NCBI GenBank assembly: GCA_963792585.1
Contig: CAWBWI010000003.1
Coordinates: 512,001-576,000, forward strand
Direction: 5' to 3'
From: Candidatus Eiseniibacteriota bacterium
GTDB lineage: Bacteria; Eisenbacteria; RBG-16-71-46; CAIMUX01; VGJL01
DNA: 64,000 bases
The notes beneath the pieces are model-generated. The model did not search any database, was not told where the DNA came from, and was given only the letters and a program-made list of their open reading frames with translations. Positions 21,591 through 31,900 of this stretch are shown here, in pieces. The translations under genes and the position numbers were made by a program. How positions within the stretch are numbered: position 1 is the first letter of the stretch; every line of letters begins with the position of its first letter.

Positions 21591-24050
21591 CTAGAAGACC
21601 TTCCTCTGCACGGGACGGAAGAGCCGGAACTCGCAGCCGGCGATTGCATCATCTTCCCGCCCGATGACGACGCGGCGGGCCATCGCCTCGACCGCCCGGA
21701 ACCCGAACGGAAGGCCGTCGGCATCCAGGCGCACCTCGTGCTCGCCGGGCGCGAGTTGATGGAAGGAAAAGGAGCCGGTTTCATCCGTGTAGGTGAACTG
21801 CGCGTCGTCGAGGACGACGCGTACGTGCTCGACGCCTCCCGGGACCCTGGAGTATCCCAAGCCTCCCTCGTCGCCGTGGACGACCCGCCCCTCGATCGCG
21901 CCGGTCAACCGCACGATCGGGAAGTCGCAGGCGACAGGACGATCGGCGGAGACGTCCACTTCGATCGTCTCCATCCGATCGAGGGAGTAGGCAGTCGGAA
22001 TCGACTCCGGCAAAAGGCGAAGGAGGCGTCGTCCGATGGCGACGGAGGCGCGATACCGTCCGGATGCGTCGCAAGCGACCGGTTCACGCACGTCGTTGTC
22101 GACGACCACGCCGATTCCGGGGATGCCCGGCTCGTCGTCCTGGCGAACGCCGTCGCCATTGCGATCCTCGAAGACGACGCCGCCAAGCATCTGTCTCGTG
22201 CTCGCTCGAGGATCCGTCGTCGTGAGGAGATCATGCCCGGGATGTCCGGAAATGGAGTGCGTGAAGCCGATCTCGATCGACTCGTTCCGCTCCGCGCCGA
22301 GCTTGTTGAACCGGTAGAGCACCGAGAGGCCGACGCCGTCGGCCAGGAGGATGTCTCCATGGAGCATCCCTTGCGTCTGGATGGGACGAAACTGCGAGGC
22401 GTCTTCCTGGTGCACCTGCGCCGCGCTCGCGCCGAGCGTGAGACGGTTGCTCAGGAAGCGCACGGAGGAGACCTCGATCGTGGAGACCAGTTGCGGGCCG
22501 AGCGGTTCCTGCCAGACGGTCTGTTGCTGGAGCGACATGCGCGCGCCGCCGCCAAGCTCCAGACTCAGGTTGCCGGTGACGTAGTCTCGGCTTCCCCCGT
22601 CGACTTCCGTGAGGCGATTCGCCTGGAGCATGACGCGAAGGTCTCGGGAAACACGCTGGTCGGCGGAGATGCCGGACGATCGAATCGTCTGCGAGCGATC
22701 CGACAGGCTCCGCCACCTCCACTCCTGCGAGAATGCGACGCCCGTTCGCATGCGCGGGATGGTCCAGCCGAGCCGGCCTCCGCACTGGCTTCCCTGGGAG
22801 GCGCGGTTCTTGAGGCTCCATCGCAGGGTCTGGGACTCGTCCTCACCCGTAGGGACGATCACGGGGATCTGCTTCCACCGCCCCCCCCAGAGGCCCGCAT
22901 TCCACCCGTTCTTCGATCGAACGGCGGCGTCCGCGTCTGCCACGTATCGTGGAGCCTGCTGGATGCTGCCGAGCGCGCCCGCCCGATACGGCGTGCCTTG
23001 GGACGTCTCGACGTTCGTTCCAAGGGAAACCGCGCGGAAGCGGGTTCGCCCTCGCAGCCGTAGGTCGGCGCCGGTCTCGACCGATCCTGTCGCGAACCGG
23101 AACCTCGAGCCGAGTAACTCGGCCGCGAGGTTCGAGCGATCTGCGTGGATCGAGGTGGCAACCCCGACGCCGGCGCCCTCCCGGATGGGGCGCCACAGGA
23201 GATCGGCGTTCGACCGCCGTTCGGTCATGCGGTAGGCCTGTGCGCACACACTCTGGCTCGCGGAGAGATCGGAGCTCGCCGATGCCGCGTACACGCTGCG
23301 CGCATACTGGCCCGCGATGAGGCTCGCATACTGCACGGGGGCGCGCCCGCCGATGATTCCGAATCGGACGCGAAATCTACCGGAGTCGCTGGATCCAGAT
23401 CTGTCGATGCCCAATCCGCGTCCCGTCAAGCCTCGGCAGGCCGGTCCGGTCTGCGCGACGTCGACATCTCCAAGCCGAAACTTCCATCCCCCGACGGTGT
23501 CGATCTTCAATCGGCCGCGCGGCACATAGACGAGGCCGTCGCGATCGGCGATCTGGCCGTCGAGCTCCAGTTTGCCGACCGACAGGAGCCTCGTCGCATA
23601 GAGGCCGTAGCGCGCTTCGTCCCCTCGATGCGGCTGCGCGGGCACGATCCGGTTGCCGGAGAAGTGAAGCGCGATGTCGTCCCACCAGACGGAACGCGCG
23701 GGGGCGAGCAGATCCAGCGTCGGCTCCGGCTCGGGAACCGTGGTGAGGAAGGCGGTCTGTGATGCCTTGCGGGCGGGGGCGAATTCCGATCGCGGAATCC
23801 TCCGGACCTCGAATCGGGGAACAAACAGGGTCGTGGATAGGATGCCGGATGATGCCGAAGCGTCGGCGGGCGTCGCGGCTGGCGCCATCGTCGAGATCGA
23901 ATCGTCCGAGGCGGACGGGAGGCTCGCAACCGTGGATGGAACGGTTTCGCCTGCCGCCACGCTCGGCATCGGCCGCGCGGCCAGGATCGCGCCCGCGCAG
24001 ATCGGGATCATGAGGCGCCTCATGATGACGGCTGGCGGGGTCATGCTCAC
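21591..24050 (-). CDS. Usher-like outer-membrane protein with C-terminal SdrD-B/carboxypeptidase-regulatory Ig domains
   Basis: Signal peptide, long beta-strand-rich core, GVVFEDRNGDGVRQDDEPGIPGI, TDETGSFSFHQLAPGEHEVRLD; GTGA overlap with the chaperone stop. Confidence 0.6.
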   Translation of the reverse strand: MSMTPPAVIMRRLMIPICAGAILAARPMPSVAAGETVPSTVASLPSASDDSISTMAPAATPADASASSGILSTTLFVPRFEVRRIPRSEFAPARKASQTAFLTTVPEPEPTLDLLAPARSVWWDDIALHFSGNRIVPAQPHRGDEARYGLYATRLLSVGKLELDGQIADRDGLVYVPRGRLKIDTVGGWKFRLGDVDVAQTGPACRGLTGRGLGIDRSGSSDSGRFRVRFGIIGGRAPVQYASLIAGQYARSVYAASASSDLSASQSVCAQAYRMTERRSNADLLWRPIREGAGVGVATSIHADRSNLAAELLGSRFRFATGSVETGADLRLRGRTRFRAVSLGTNVETSQGTPYRAGALGSIQQAPRYVADADAAVRSKNGWNAGLWGGRWKQIPVIVPTGEDESQTLRWSLKNRASQGSQCGGRLGWTIPRMRTGVAFSQEWRWRSLSDRSQTIRSSGISADQRVSRDLRVMLQANRLTEVDGGSRDYVTGNLSLELGGGARMSLQQQTVWQEPLGPQLVSTIEVSSVRFLSNRLTLGASAAQVHQEDASQFRPIQTQGMLHGDILLADGVGLSVLYRFNKLGAERNESIEIGFTHSISGHPGHDLLTTTDPRASTRQMLGGVVFEDRNGDGVRQDDEPGIPGIGVVVDNDVREPVACDASGRYRASVAIGRRLLRLLPESIPTAYSLDRMETIEVDVSADRPVACDFPIVRLTGAIEGRVVHGDEGGLGYSRVPGGVEHVRVVLDDAQFTYTDETGSFSFHQLAPGEHEVRLDADGLPFGFRAVEAMARRVVIGREDDAIAGCEFRLFRPVQRKVF

Positions 24051-24997
24051 TTGGCGCTGCCGTCCCCCGCCGGGGGCGCCCCAGGCTCGATGATGTCCGG
24101 AAACACCAGCTTCACCATCGGCAATGTGTCCTGGACCGAGAACTCCCGGATCCCCTGGATGAGGGTCTCCACGCCGACATCGAGCGTCACGACGAAGCGA
24201 TAGGAGCCCGGATACGGAGAGCGCCATGAGTGGCGGTAGGAAGTCTCCGTCTCGGGAAGGAGGACTCGCAGCGGGATCCTCTCCTCCATGATCTGGACAT
24301 CCGCCGGCCCCAGGATCTGAAGCCATCCGGTCGGGTAGTAGTGCACGTTCCCCCGATTCGCCAGATTGAAGGTGAGGCTGATCTCGGAGAGATCGCGACC
24401 GGCGGTCACGTCCACGCCGGTCAGTTCGTCATCACGGCGCTCCGTGCCGCGCGCCGTCAGATAGATGGTGGATCCGATCCGGGCCTTGGTCCGCAGACCG
24501 AGCCCGCTCTTGAGCGATGCGGACTCTCCCTCGAAGAAGACGATGGTCCAGTACGAACCCTGCGCCGTGTCAGGCAGTGAGGCGAGGATCCGGACGAGGC
24601 GACTCTCGTGCGGGCCCACGATGAACTCGGACAGATCCGGTTTCACCCAGGCGGTCGCGCTCCGTCGGACCGGGGTGGATGGGGAGAGATCCATTCCTCC
24701 ATCCGGAGTGCTCATCCAATCGGAGACGCTCGTGACGACGCGGACGATTTCATCACCGCTGTTGTAGACGGTGACCACGCGCATCTGATCGGTCCCCGGG
24801 CGGAGCGAGATCTGGAATTTCATGGGGGATGCGCCGAGGCGAATGCGTGCCTGTGCAGGGGATGTGCAGTTCTGTAGGAGCACGATGGTGAGCAGCAGGG
24901 ATCCGATGGACCTGACAGGATGTCGAAAAGCCCTCGTCGGCGCTCTTGCGCGAACGGGGACCGTCCCGATCCTGACCATCTCCCGGTCGATCATCAT
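24047..24997 (-). CDS. PapD-like fimbrial chaperone
   Basis: SPMKFQISL.PG, VTVYNSGDE, SVSDW, SATAWV, GSYWTIVFFE, NRGNVH; start codon uncertain. Confidence 0.7.
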   Translation of the reverse strand: MMIDREMVRIGTVPVRARAPTRAFRHPVRSIGSLLLTIVLLQNCTSPAQARIRLGASPMKFQISLRPGTDQMRVVTVYNSGDEIVRVVTSVSDWMSTPDGGMDLSPSTPVRRSATAWVKPDLSEFIVGPHESRLVRILASLPDTAQGSYWTIVFFEGESASLKSGLGLRTKARIGSTIYLTARGTERRDDELTGVDVTAGRDLSEISLTFNLANRGNVHYYPTGWLQILGPADVQIMEERIPLRVLLPETETSYRHSWRSPYPGSYRFVVTLDVGVETLIQGIREFSVQDTLPMVKLVFPDIIEPGAPPAGDGSAK

Positions 24998-25080
24998 CCT
25001 GATCTTCTCTCGTGCCGGCTCTCGGACCTCGGGGGGCCGAGGAGGTCTCCTGACCGTGACGAGCCGGTAGTGACCGCTCC

Positions 25081-25644
25081 TTACTGCACGCTGACGGTGT
25101 AGGTCAGCGTGGTCGTGTAGGTCGTCGTACCGCCACCGCCCGCATCGTAGTAATTCCAGAGATTGTTGATCCGGATGTCCGTGTCGATCGTCGTGTACGT
25201 GGGCTGCTCCTCGCCGGTGGTCCAGATACTCTGATCCGTGCCCGTGATCGCCGTGTAGGAACTGATGGTCGAGCCACCGGTCCCCGCCGCCGTCTGCGTC
25301 TTGAACAGCAGGTCCGCCAGGGCGATTCCCGGCGTGAGATCATCGCTGCGAATGGAGAGGATCATGCCGGTGCTGCTGTTGGTCCTCACCTGCGTCGCGA
25401 TGCCTGCAGCGCCTTCCGCCACGATGTAGCCGGCCTCGTAGTTCGCTTGGTTGGGCGACAACGTGACACTGGCATCGGTGATGTCGATCTCGGCGGTCGC
25501 CGCGGCCTCGAGATTCACGTCGGACGTTCCGGTCGTAGCCGCCTGGCTCGAGTCCCACGGAATGGGAAGGCTGATAAGCATGAAGACGGCGAGAACTCCA
25601 AGGGCCGTCCTCGAGATCCGTCCAAACTGGACCGTGTTCATCAT
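25081..25644 (-). CDS. Secreted Thr/Ala-rich pilin-like subunit
   Basis: Signal peptide, about 150-aa mature beta protein, C-terminal strand TYTTTLTYTVSVQ, first gene of the operon. Confidence 0.6.
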   Translation of the reverse strand: MMNTVQFGRISRTALGVLAVFMLISLPIPWDSSQAATTGTSDVNLEAAATAEIDITDASVTLSPNQANYEAGYIVAEGAAGIATQVRTNSSTGMILSIRSDDLTPGIALADLLFKTQTAAGTGGSTISSYTAITGTDQSIWTTGEEQPTYTTIDTDIRINNLWNYYDAGGGGTTTYTTTLTYTVSVQ

Positions 25645-26204
25645 GAGTCTCCTCTCCCCGCACGCGCGTCTCGCCCATGGACGGTCGATGAACGCGCCTC
25701 ACATTCGCCATCGCACTTCACGGAGGCCGCCAAGCGTCCGCCAATTGACCATTCTTATGATCGGTAGCTCGGGAAGCGGAGATAACGGTTCTTGAGAGAT
25801 TCCAGGCTGAAAGTCCTGCGATTCGGGGCAAAGGAGGCAGATCGAGCGGTCAATTCGACGAGAACGAGCGATATAGATGGAGTGAAGAAAGCCCGTGGAT
25901 CGGGCTAGGTCCCGAGCAGGACGCAACCTATTGAGTCACAGCGAGTTCCCCCGGCAATGCCGCCTGAATTCCCGCCGGTTGTCGCCGGATCGATCCCGTC
26001 GTCGCCCGGCTCCGCCCACGATGGCGGCCGCCGGAGTCCACCCGCCCCGAAGAGAGCCTGTCACCTTTCGCTGTCCGTCCCCGCGTTTCCCCGTCAGAAG
26101 CCCGCCGCCCCGTTTCTCACGGAGGCGGCCACCCGGCGCGGAGGTCCCCCGGCCCGACCCCGCCGGGAGAACAGGGGTCGGAGCGATGGAGGAGGCAATC
26201 TCAA

Positions 26205-28184
26205 ATGAATATCAGGAGTTGGGTAGTTGCTCTGGCTCTTGCGATCCTGGGACTCGTGTCCGCCGGCCGGGCCGACGCGATTCTCTATGACCTCGATTTC
26301 GGAACCCCGCCCCACACGGTCGGCCTGCCGCCGGTGACGGGTGCGGGCCCTGCGGTTCGCGAGACCGTTTCGGCGGTCATCAATGGAACCCCGCTGGTCG
26401 TCGCCGCCGCAGGCGCCCTCGTGGATCAGCCCTGTTTCTTCAGCTCGTACGATGGTCAGGGAGACCAGATCCAGCTCGACCTGTGGGATCTCCCCCTGTC
26501 CTCCACATACACCCTCGACGTCGACGTCCTCGTGATCGGCGGGGAGCCGCAGGCAGAGCTCGCGTTCAATTTCGACACGCCCGACGTGCGCACCGTCCGT
26601 TTCCTTGGCGACGGCACGGTGATGGGGTTCGTCCCCGGGGTGGGGGACCTGTTCCTCGGCGCGTACGTTCCCGGGCAGGTCGTCCGCCTTTCCGTCGAGA
26701 TCGTGCTGGATGCCGACTTCTGGACGATCTCGCTGGATGGGGCCGAGGTATACGCAGGGAGTTTCGGCGGCGCCACCGAGCTCGAAGACGTGCGCGTGTC
26801 GACGGCGGTCGATCCGAACCCCCTGCGCCTGCGCGGCGCGATCGACAATCTGGTCCTGTCCGAAGGGCCGGGCCTCGCCGACGGTGGGTGCGACCGTCTC
26901 GGCTTCGGGGATCTGGTACGGGGTGCCGTCTACAACGTTGGCGACAGCTTCGCGACCGACTCGGTCACGGTCAACGTGGAGGAGTTCGCGACGGATGTCG
27001 GCGTGTGCGGGGCGCCCTTCGCTTCCGGATTTACAGAGGTCGTGGCGGGCGGTCTTGCCTGTGGCTCCGGTAAGGAACTCGAGGTCAACAATGTGAGCCT
27101 GGCGTTCGACTTCGGCGCAACGGTGACCGACGTCGTCATTCCCTTTGGAGAGTACGGCGGGACCGTCTCCCTCGAGGTCAACGGTGACTGCGAGGTCGTC
27201 GAGAACTTCGTCGATCTGGACGGGACGAGCCTCGGCGGCGTCGCGGTATCGGTCTGGGATCCGAACGTCCCGGGACAGGGGTGCGGCGTGATCAGGCTCG
27301 GAGGGGCGGTCGCCTCGCTGGCGATCGGCGGACAGGAGCTCTTTCTCGACGACCTGAGCTACTGCATCTCCTGTCCCGACCTGCAACGGTCGGCGTTCGA
27401 GGATCAGACTCTGAACGCGACGTTCAACGTCGGTGACAGCTTCACGAGCGGAGCGGCGACGCACACTTTCTTCGCCTTCTTCCCGCCCGGCCCCGACTGT
27501 GTGAATCCCGATCCGAATGGCGTGGCCACGATCGGGAACGGACGCAACGCATGCGGCGACGGAAAGGAACTCCAGCTCAACAACATCAACGATCGAATCG
27601 ACTTCGGCGCTCCATTGCAGTGGCTCGCGCTGAACTACGGCGAATACGGCGGAAACGTCAACATCCGCATCAACGGTGATTGCCTCAACCTGAACAATCT
27701 CTCCGACGTGAACGGATCGACGGTGGGCGGAGTGACCGTCTGGGCGATTGACTACGGCCCCGCGGGCCAGAGCTGCGGCAACCTCTATGCGGTGGGAACG
27801 ATCGACAACTTCCGGATCGGCGGACAGGAGTTCTTCATCGACAACGTGCGGGCCTGCCCGATCTCGACGGCGGCGGTCATCGGGCCGCGCGAAGACGCCG
27901 CACCTTCCCCGTTGCGGCTCGACCCGAGCTGGCCGAACCCCGCGCGCGGAAGCGCCACGCTTCGGTTTGCGCTCGCCGCGCCCGCGGACATCCGTATGAC
28001 GATCTTCGATGTCGGGGGACGCGCCGTGCGGACGCTCATCAATGGCGCCATGGATGCCGGGGACCACGAGGTTCGGTGGGATGGGAGAGATGAGCGGGGC
28101 AACCGTCTGCCGGCGGGGGTCTACTCCTACCGGATCCAGTCGGGAGGCTCGTCGGTCGCCCGCCGCTTGGTCCTGCTTCCCTAG
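26205..28184 (+). CDS. Secreted protein with duplicated Cys-containing domain and C-terminal FlgD-Ig domain
   Basis: Signal peptide; two copies of CG.GKEL..NN....DFGA.......GEYGG.V...NGDC...IGGQE.F.D; tail WPNPARG...WDGRDERGNRLPAGVY. Confidence 0.8.
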   Translation: MNIRSWVVALALAILGLVSAGRADAILYDLDFGTPPHTVGLPPVTGAGPAVRETVSAVINGTPLVVAAAGALVDQPCFFSSYDGQGDQIQLDLWDLPLSSTYTLDVDVLVIGGEPQAELAFNFDTPDVRTVRFLGDGTVMGFVPGVGDLFLGAYVPGQVVRLSVEIVLDADFWTISLDGAEVYAGSFGGATELEDVRVSTAVDPNPLRLRGAIDNLVLSEGPGLADGGCDRLGFGDLVRGAVYNVGDSFATDSVTVNVEEFATDVGVCGAPFASGFTEVVAGGLACGSGKELEVNNVSLAFDFGATVTDVVIPFGEYGGTVSLEVNGDCEVVENFVDLDGTSLGGVAVSVWDPNVPGQGCGVIRLGGAVASLAIGGQELFLDDLSYCISCPDLQRSAFEDQTLNATFNVGDSFTSGAATHTFFAFFPPGPDCVNPDPNGVATIGNGRNACGDGKELQLNNINDRIDFGAPLQWLALNYGEYGGNVNIRINGDCLNLNNLSDVNGSTVGGVTVWAIDYGPAGQSCGNLYAVGTIDNFRIGGQEFFIDNVRACPISTAAVIGPREDAAPSPLRLDPSWPNPARGSATLRFALAAPADIRMTIFDVGGRAVRTLINGAMDAGDHEVRWDGRDERGNRLPAGVYSYRIQSGGSSVARRLVLLP

Positions 28185-28212
28185 CCCGGTCGTTTTCGAT
28201 CGAGAACACGAA

Positions 28213-28245
28213 GGCGGCGGGGATCGGTTTCCGGTCCCCGCCGTT
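28213..28245. terminator. Hairpin between convergent genes
   Basis: GGCGGCGGGGATCGG-TTT-CCGGTCCCCGCCGTT. Confidence 0.65.
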
Positions 28246-28283
28246 CTCCGTCGACGGTCCGCCGTCGCGCAGGTTCGCCTCGC

Positions 28284-28907
28284 TCAGGCGGACGGGGATC
28301 CCCCTACACTGAGGGCGCGCCACAACCAGGCCCGCGCGAACTTCCAATCCCGCAGCACCGTCCGCTCCGACACCCCGAGTGCGGCCGCCGCCTCTTCGGG
28401 GGTGAGCCCCGCGAAGTAGATCATCTCCACCACCTGGACCTTGCGCGGATGCACCTCGGCGAGGCGATCGAGAACCCGATGGAGATCGAGCAGGTCGACC
28501 GGCCTCCCGCCCTCGTCGAGAAGATTCTCCGTGAGGGTGACGGGCGCCGCGCCTCCTCCGCGCTTCGCCGTTCGTCGCGCGCGCGCATAGTCGATGATCA
28601 CGCGGCGCATGGCGGTTGCCGCCACCGCGAGGAGGTGGGAGCGGCCCTGCAGATCCGACCGGGTCTCGCGGGCCAGGCGAAGGTAGGCTTCGTGCGCGAG
28701 GGCGGTGGGGCCGAGGGTGCGCGCCCATCTCTCCCCGCGAAGGAGATAGGCCGCGAGTCCGCGGAGTTCGTCGTAGACAATCGGGAGCATCGCCTCGAGG
28801 GAAGTGGAATCCGACAGGGTCGCCCGCGCGAAGACATCCTGGACGAACCGCTCGAGAACGGCGACGTCGTCGTCCGCCGGCCGGCCGGTCGACGGGCCCG
28901 CGTTCAC
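28284..28907 (-). CDS. ECF sigma factor, TIGR02999/ECF43-like
   Basis: PIVYDELRGLA, TLGPTALAHEAYLRL, AMRRVIIDYAR, KRGG, SERTVLRDWKFARAWL; GTG start overlaps the kinase stop. Confidence 0.9.
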   Translation of the reverse strand: MNAGPSTGRPADDDVAVLERFVQDVFARATLSDSTSLEAMLPIVYDELRGLAAYLLRGERWARTLGPTALAHEAYLRLARETRSDLQGRSHLLAVAATAMRRVIIDYARARRTAKRGGGAAPVTLTENLLDEGGRPVDLLDLHRVLDRLAEVHPRKVQVVEMIYFAGLTPEEAAAALGVSERTVLRDWKFARAWLWRALSVGGSPSA

Positions 28908-31900
28908 TTGGGATCCTCGGAAGCCGCCGGTGGGTTGCCGGAAGACTCCGACACCCACGCGATCAGCTCCGCCACACTCCGAGATTCGCCGCGGACCACG
29001 GCGACTGCCATCGCCGCCTCTCCGATGGTCTCGGTCAGACGTTCCCGCCATGCTTCGAGCTTCTGACGCTGCTCCGGCAGGTTCGCGACCTCGTCCGACG
29101 CGTACACGCGCTGGAGGGTCACGATGATTTCCGCGGCACGCATTGAATCACCGGACATTTCGATGACCCGCGCGATCGAGTTGATCACGGATGCCGCACC
29201 GGAGAAATCGCCGATACGCGCCCGGATCCGCATCGCCTCGAGAAGATGACCGCGTGCCTCTTCCAGGCGGCCGTGCGCCAGCGCGAGATCCCCCAGATGA
29301 TGATGGGTCATTGCCGTGCCTGCCGCGTCCCGGTTCTCCACGTGGATGGATAGCGCTTCCTCCAGCCATGCGCGCGCCACATCCGGACGACCGAGCATCA
29401 TCTCGGTCCTTCCGAGATTGAGGAGGCCCTTTGCCTCGGCCAGTCGGTCCCTCATGTCCCTGCAAAGAACGAGGAAGGCGCGATGATAGCCCAGGGCCGT
29501 CTCGTGGTCGCCCCCGAGGCTGTGAATCACGCCGAGGTTCCCGATGCAGACGGCCTTGCCGCCACGATCGCCGCCGGCCTCGAAGAGATGGAGCGCTTCC
29601 TCGAAGGACCCCCGGGCGGCATCGATGTCCGTCCGAAACCAGGCGGCTATCCCGGCCGTGTGGAGAGCGCGCGCCAACGGCATCGGCTCGCCGAGCGCGT
29701 GCGCGGCGTCCACCGCGCGATCGGCCAGGCCCCGCGCCTTCTCCCGTTGCCCGAGCGAGGCCGCCATGCGTCCCGCCTGGCTCAGAATCTCGATCCGATC
29801 ACGTGGGTGTGGGGCGTCGCCGCCGGCCGATGGCGACCCGGAGTCGCTTGCCCTAGAGTCGATTGACTCGGGGGCGATCGCGAGCAGGTGCTCGAGGCGC
29901 AGAAGGCCTTCCGACCAGTAACCTGTTTGGATCCAATAGCGGCTGATCCTCCCGCCGAGGACGAACGCGCGGCCGATGTCGTGCCGCGCGATCGACTGAT
30001 CCAGTCCGTGGATCAGATTCGCATAGTCGGGTTCGATCCGGCGGACCCACGTGGAGCTTGTTGGACCCTCCTCCTCCGGGAGCAACTCTGCGATCCGGAT
30101 CAGGTGTTCCAGGTAGCGCGTCTCCACCTCCCGGCGCTCATCGTCGCTCTCCTCGAGCCGGCCGGCGGCAAACGTCCGGATCGACTCGATCAATCGATAG
30201 CGGACGGATCGCGGCGGATCTTCGCGGCTCGCCCGGGCGCGCGCCTCGGGCTCGATAAGCGAGCGCTCGACGAGATGAACCAGGTGCTCGTAGACCTGCC
30301 ACGCTTCGATACCGGAGCCAGCGCAGACGGCCTCCGCGTCTGCCAGGGTGCAACCGCCTCGAAACACGGACAGCCGCCGGAGCAGGAGTCGCTCCGCATC
30401 GGGGAGGAGCCGGTAGCTCCAATCGACGAGATCGTGCAGGGAGCGGTGCCGCGCAGGCCGTCGCGAGGAAAGATCGGGCAGCGACTCTCCCCCCGCGATG
30501 CGACGTAAGAGTTCCGGAAGCGGGAGCGACCGGGCGTGGCTCGCCGTCAGCTCGATCGCCAGGGGCAGGCCCTCCAGATGACGGCAGATGTCGCGGATGA
30601 CGGCCCGCTCCTCTGGACCCAGGCCCGATGCCGGCAGGCTGCCGCGCGCGCGCCGCAGGAACAACTCCACGGCCTCCGTCCGATCGTCCTCGGGACCGCC
30701 TCCCCCGTCGTGCGGGATCGCGAGTGGGGAGAGGGGAACGAGCTCTTCGCCGTCGATCGCCAGGGGTTGTCGGCTCGTGGCAAGGACCGTGAGGGCCGGG
30801 CTTCTTCCGAGCAGCTCCTCGACGAAGCCCGCCGTCTCCTCGAGGATGTGTTCGCAATTGTCGAGCAGGATCAGGGAGCGCACACCGTGGATCTGGTCGG
30901 CGATGGCCTGCGCGTACGCCGGGGGATCCGCGGCCCTCGGCACGTCCCGAAGCTGAAGGATGCGGGCGATCGCGGCAGGGGCATCCGTGCCGCGCGTCAG
31001 TTCCGACAGATCGACGAACCAGCATCCCCCCGGGAAGTGTTCCTGAACGCGGACGGCGGCTTCGAGAGCGGTGCGGGTCTTGCCGACACCGCCCGGGCCG
31101 GTCAAGGTGACGAGACGTTGATCGAGAAGCCGCGCGGCGAGCCGATCGAGGATCGCCACCCGCCCGACGAAGGCGGAAAGGGGGCGGGGGAGGTTGCCGG
31201 CGGCGTGTCGAAGCTCCTTCTCTCCGGGGTCCGCCCCCGCATCGGGTTCGGGTTGCACGCGCGCCGGAACATCGGCCCCCGGAGTCTCACGATGGGATTC
31301 CACGAGCGAATCGATCCGTACCCGCAGCAGCTCGTCCTCGAGGAGCAACCGGGCGGATGCGGCGCTCACGTCCCGCCGCTCCGGATCGGCCTCCAGGCAG
31401 AGACGCAGGAGCCCGGCGACTCTTTCCGGCAAGGAGACGGGCAGTCGCTCTAGATCGATCTCTCCCCGACGGTTTGCATCGATCAGATCTCCCAGGCTCT
31501 CCCCCGGCGTCGCCGGACTCCCGGTGAGGCTCTCGTAGAGGACCGCACCGAAGGACCAGAGGTCGGAGCGCGGATCGATCGGTTCGCCGCGGCACTGCTC
31601 GGGGCTCATGTAGCCGGGGGTGCCGGCCGCCTTCGGGGCGCCGGAATCGGGGGAGAGGAGCAATGCCAACCCGAAATCGAGGACCTTGACCCAACCGTCA
31701 TCCGTCACGCGGACGTTGGCGGGTTTCAGGTCCCGGTGGACGATCGATCGCGCGTGCGCCGCCTCCAGCGCCGCGGCAATCTGGCGGGCGACATCCAGGG
31801 CCGTCTCGAGGGGGAGCGGTCCTTCGTGGAGGCGCTCGGCCAACGTCCGGCCGGGCACGTACTCCATGGTCAGAATGGAGAGCGTCGTTGCTTCCGAATG

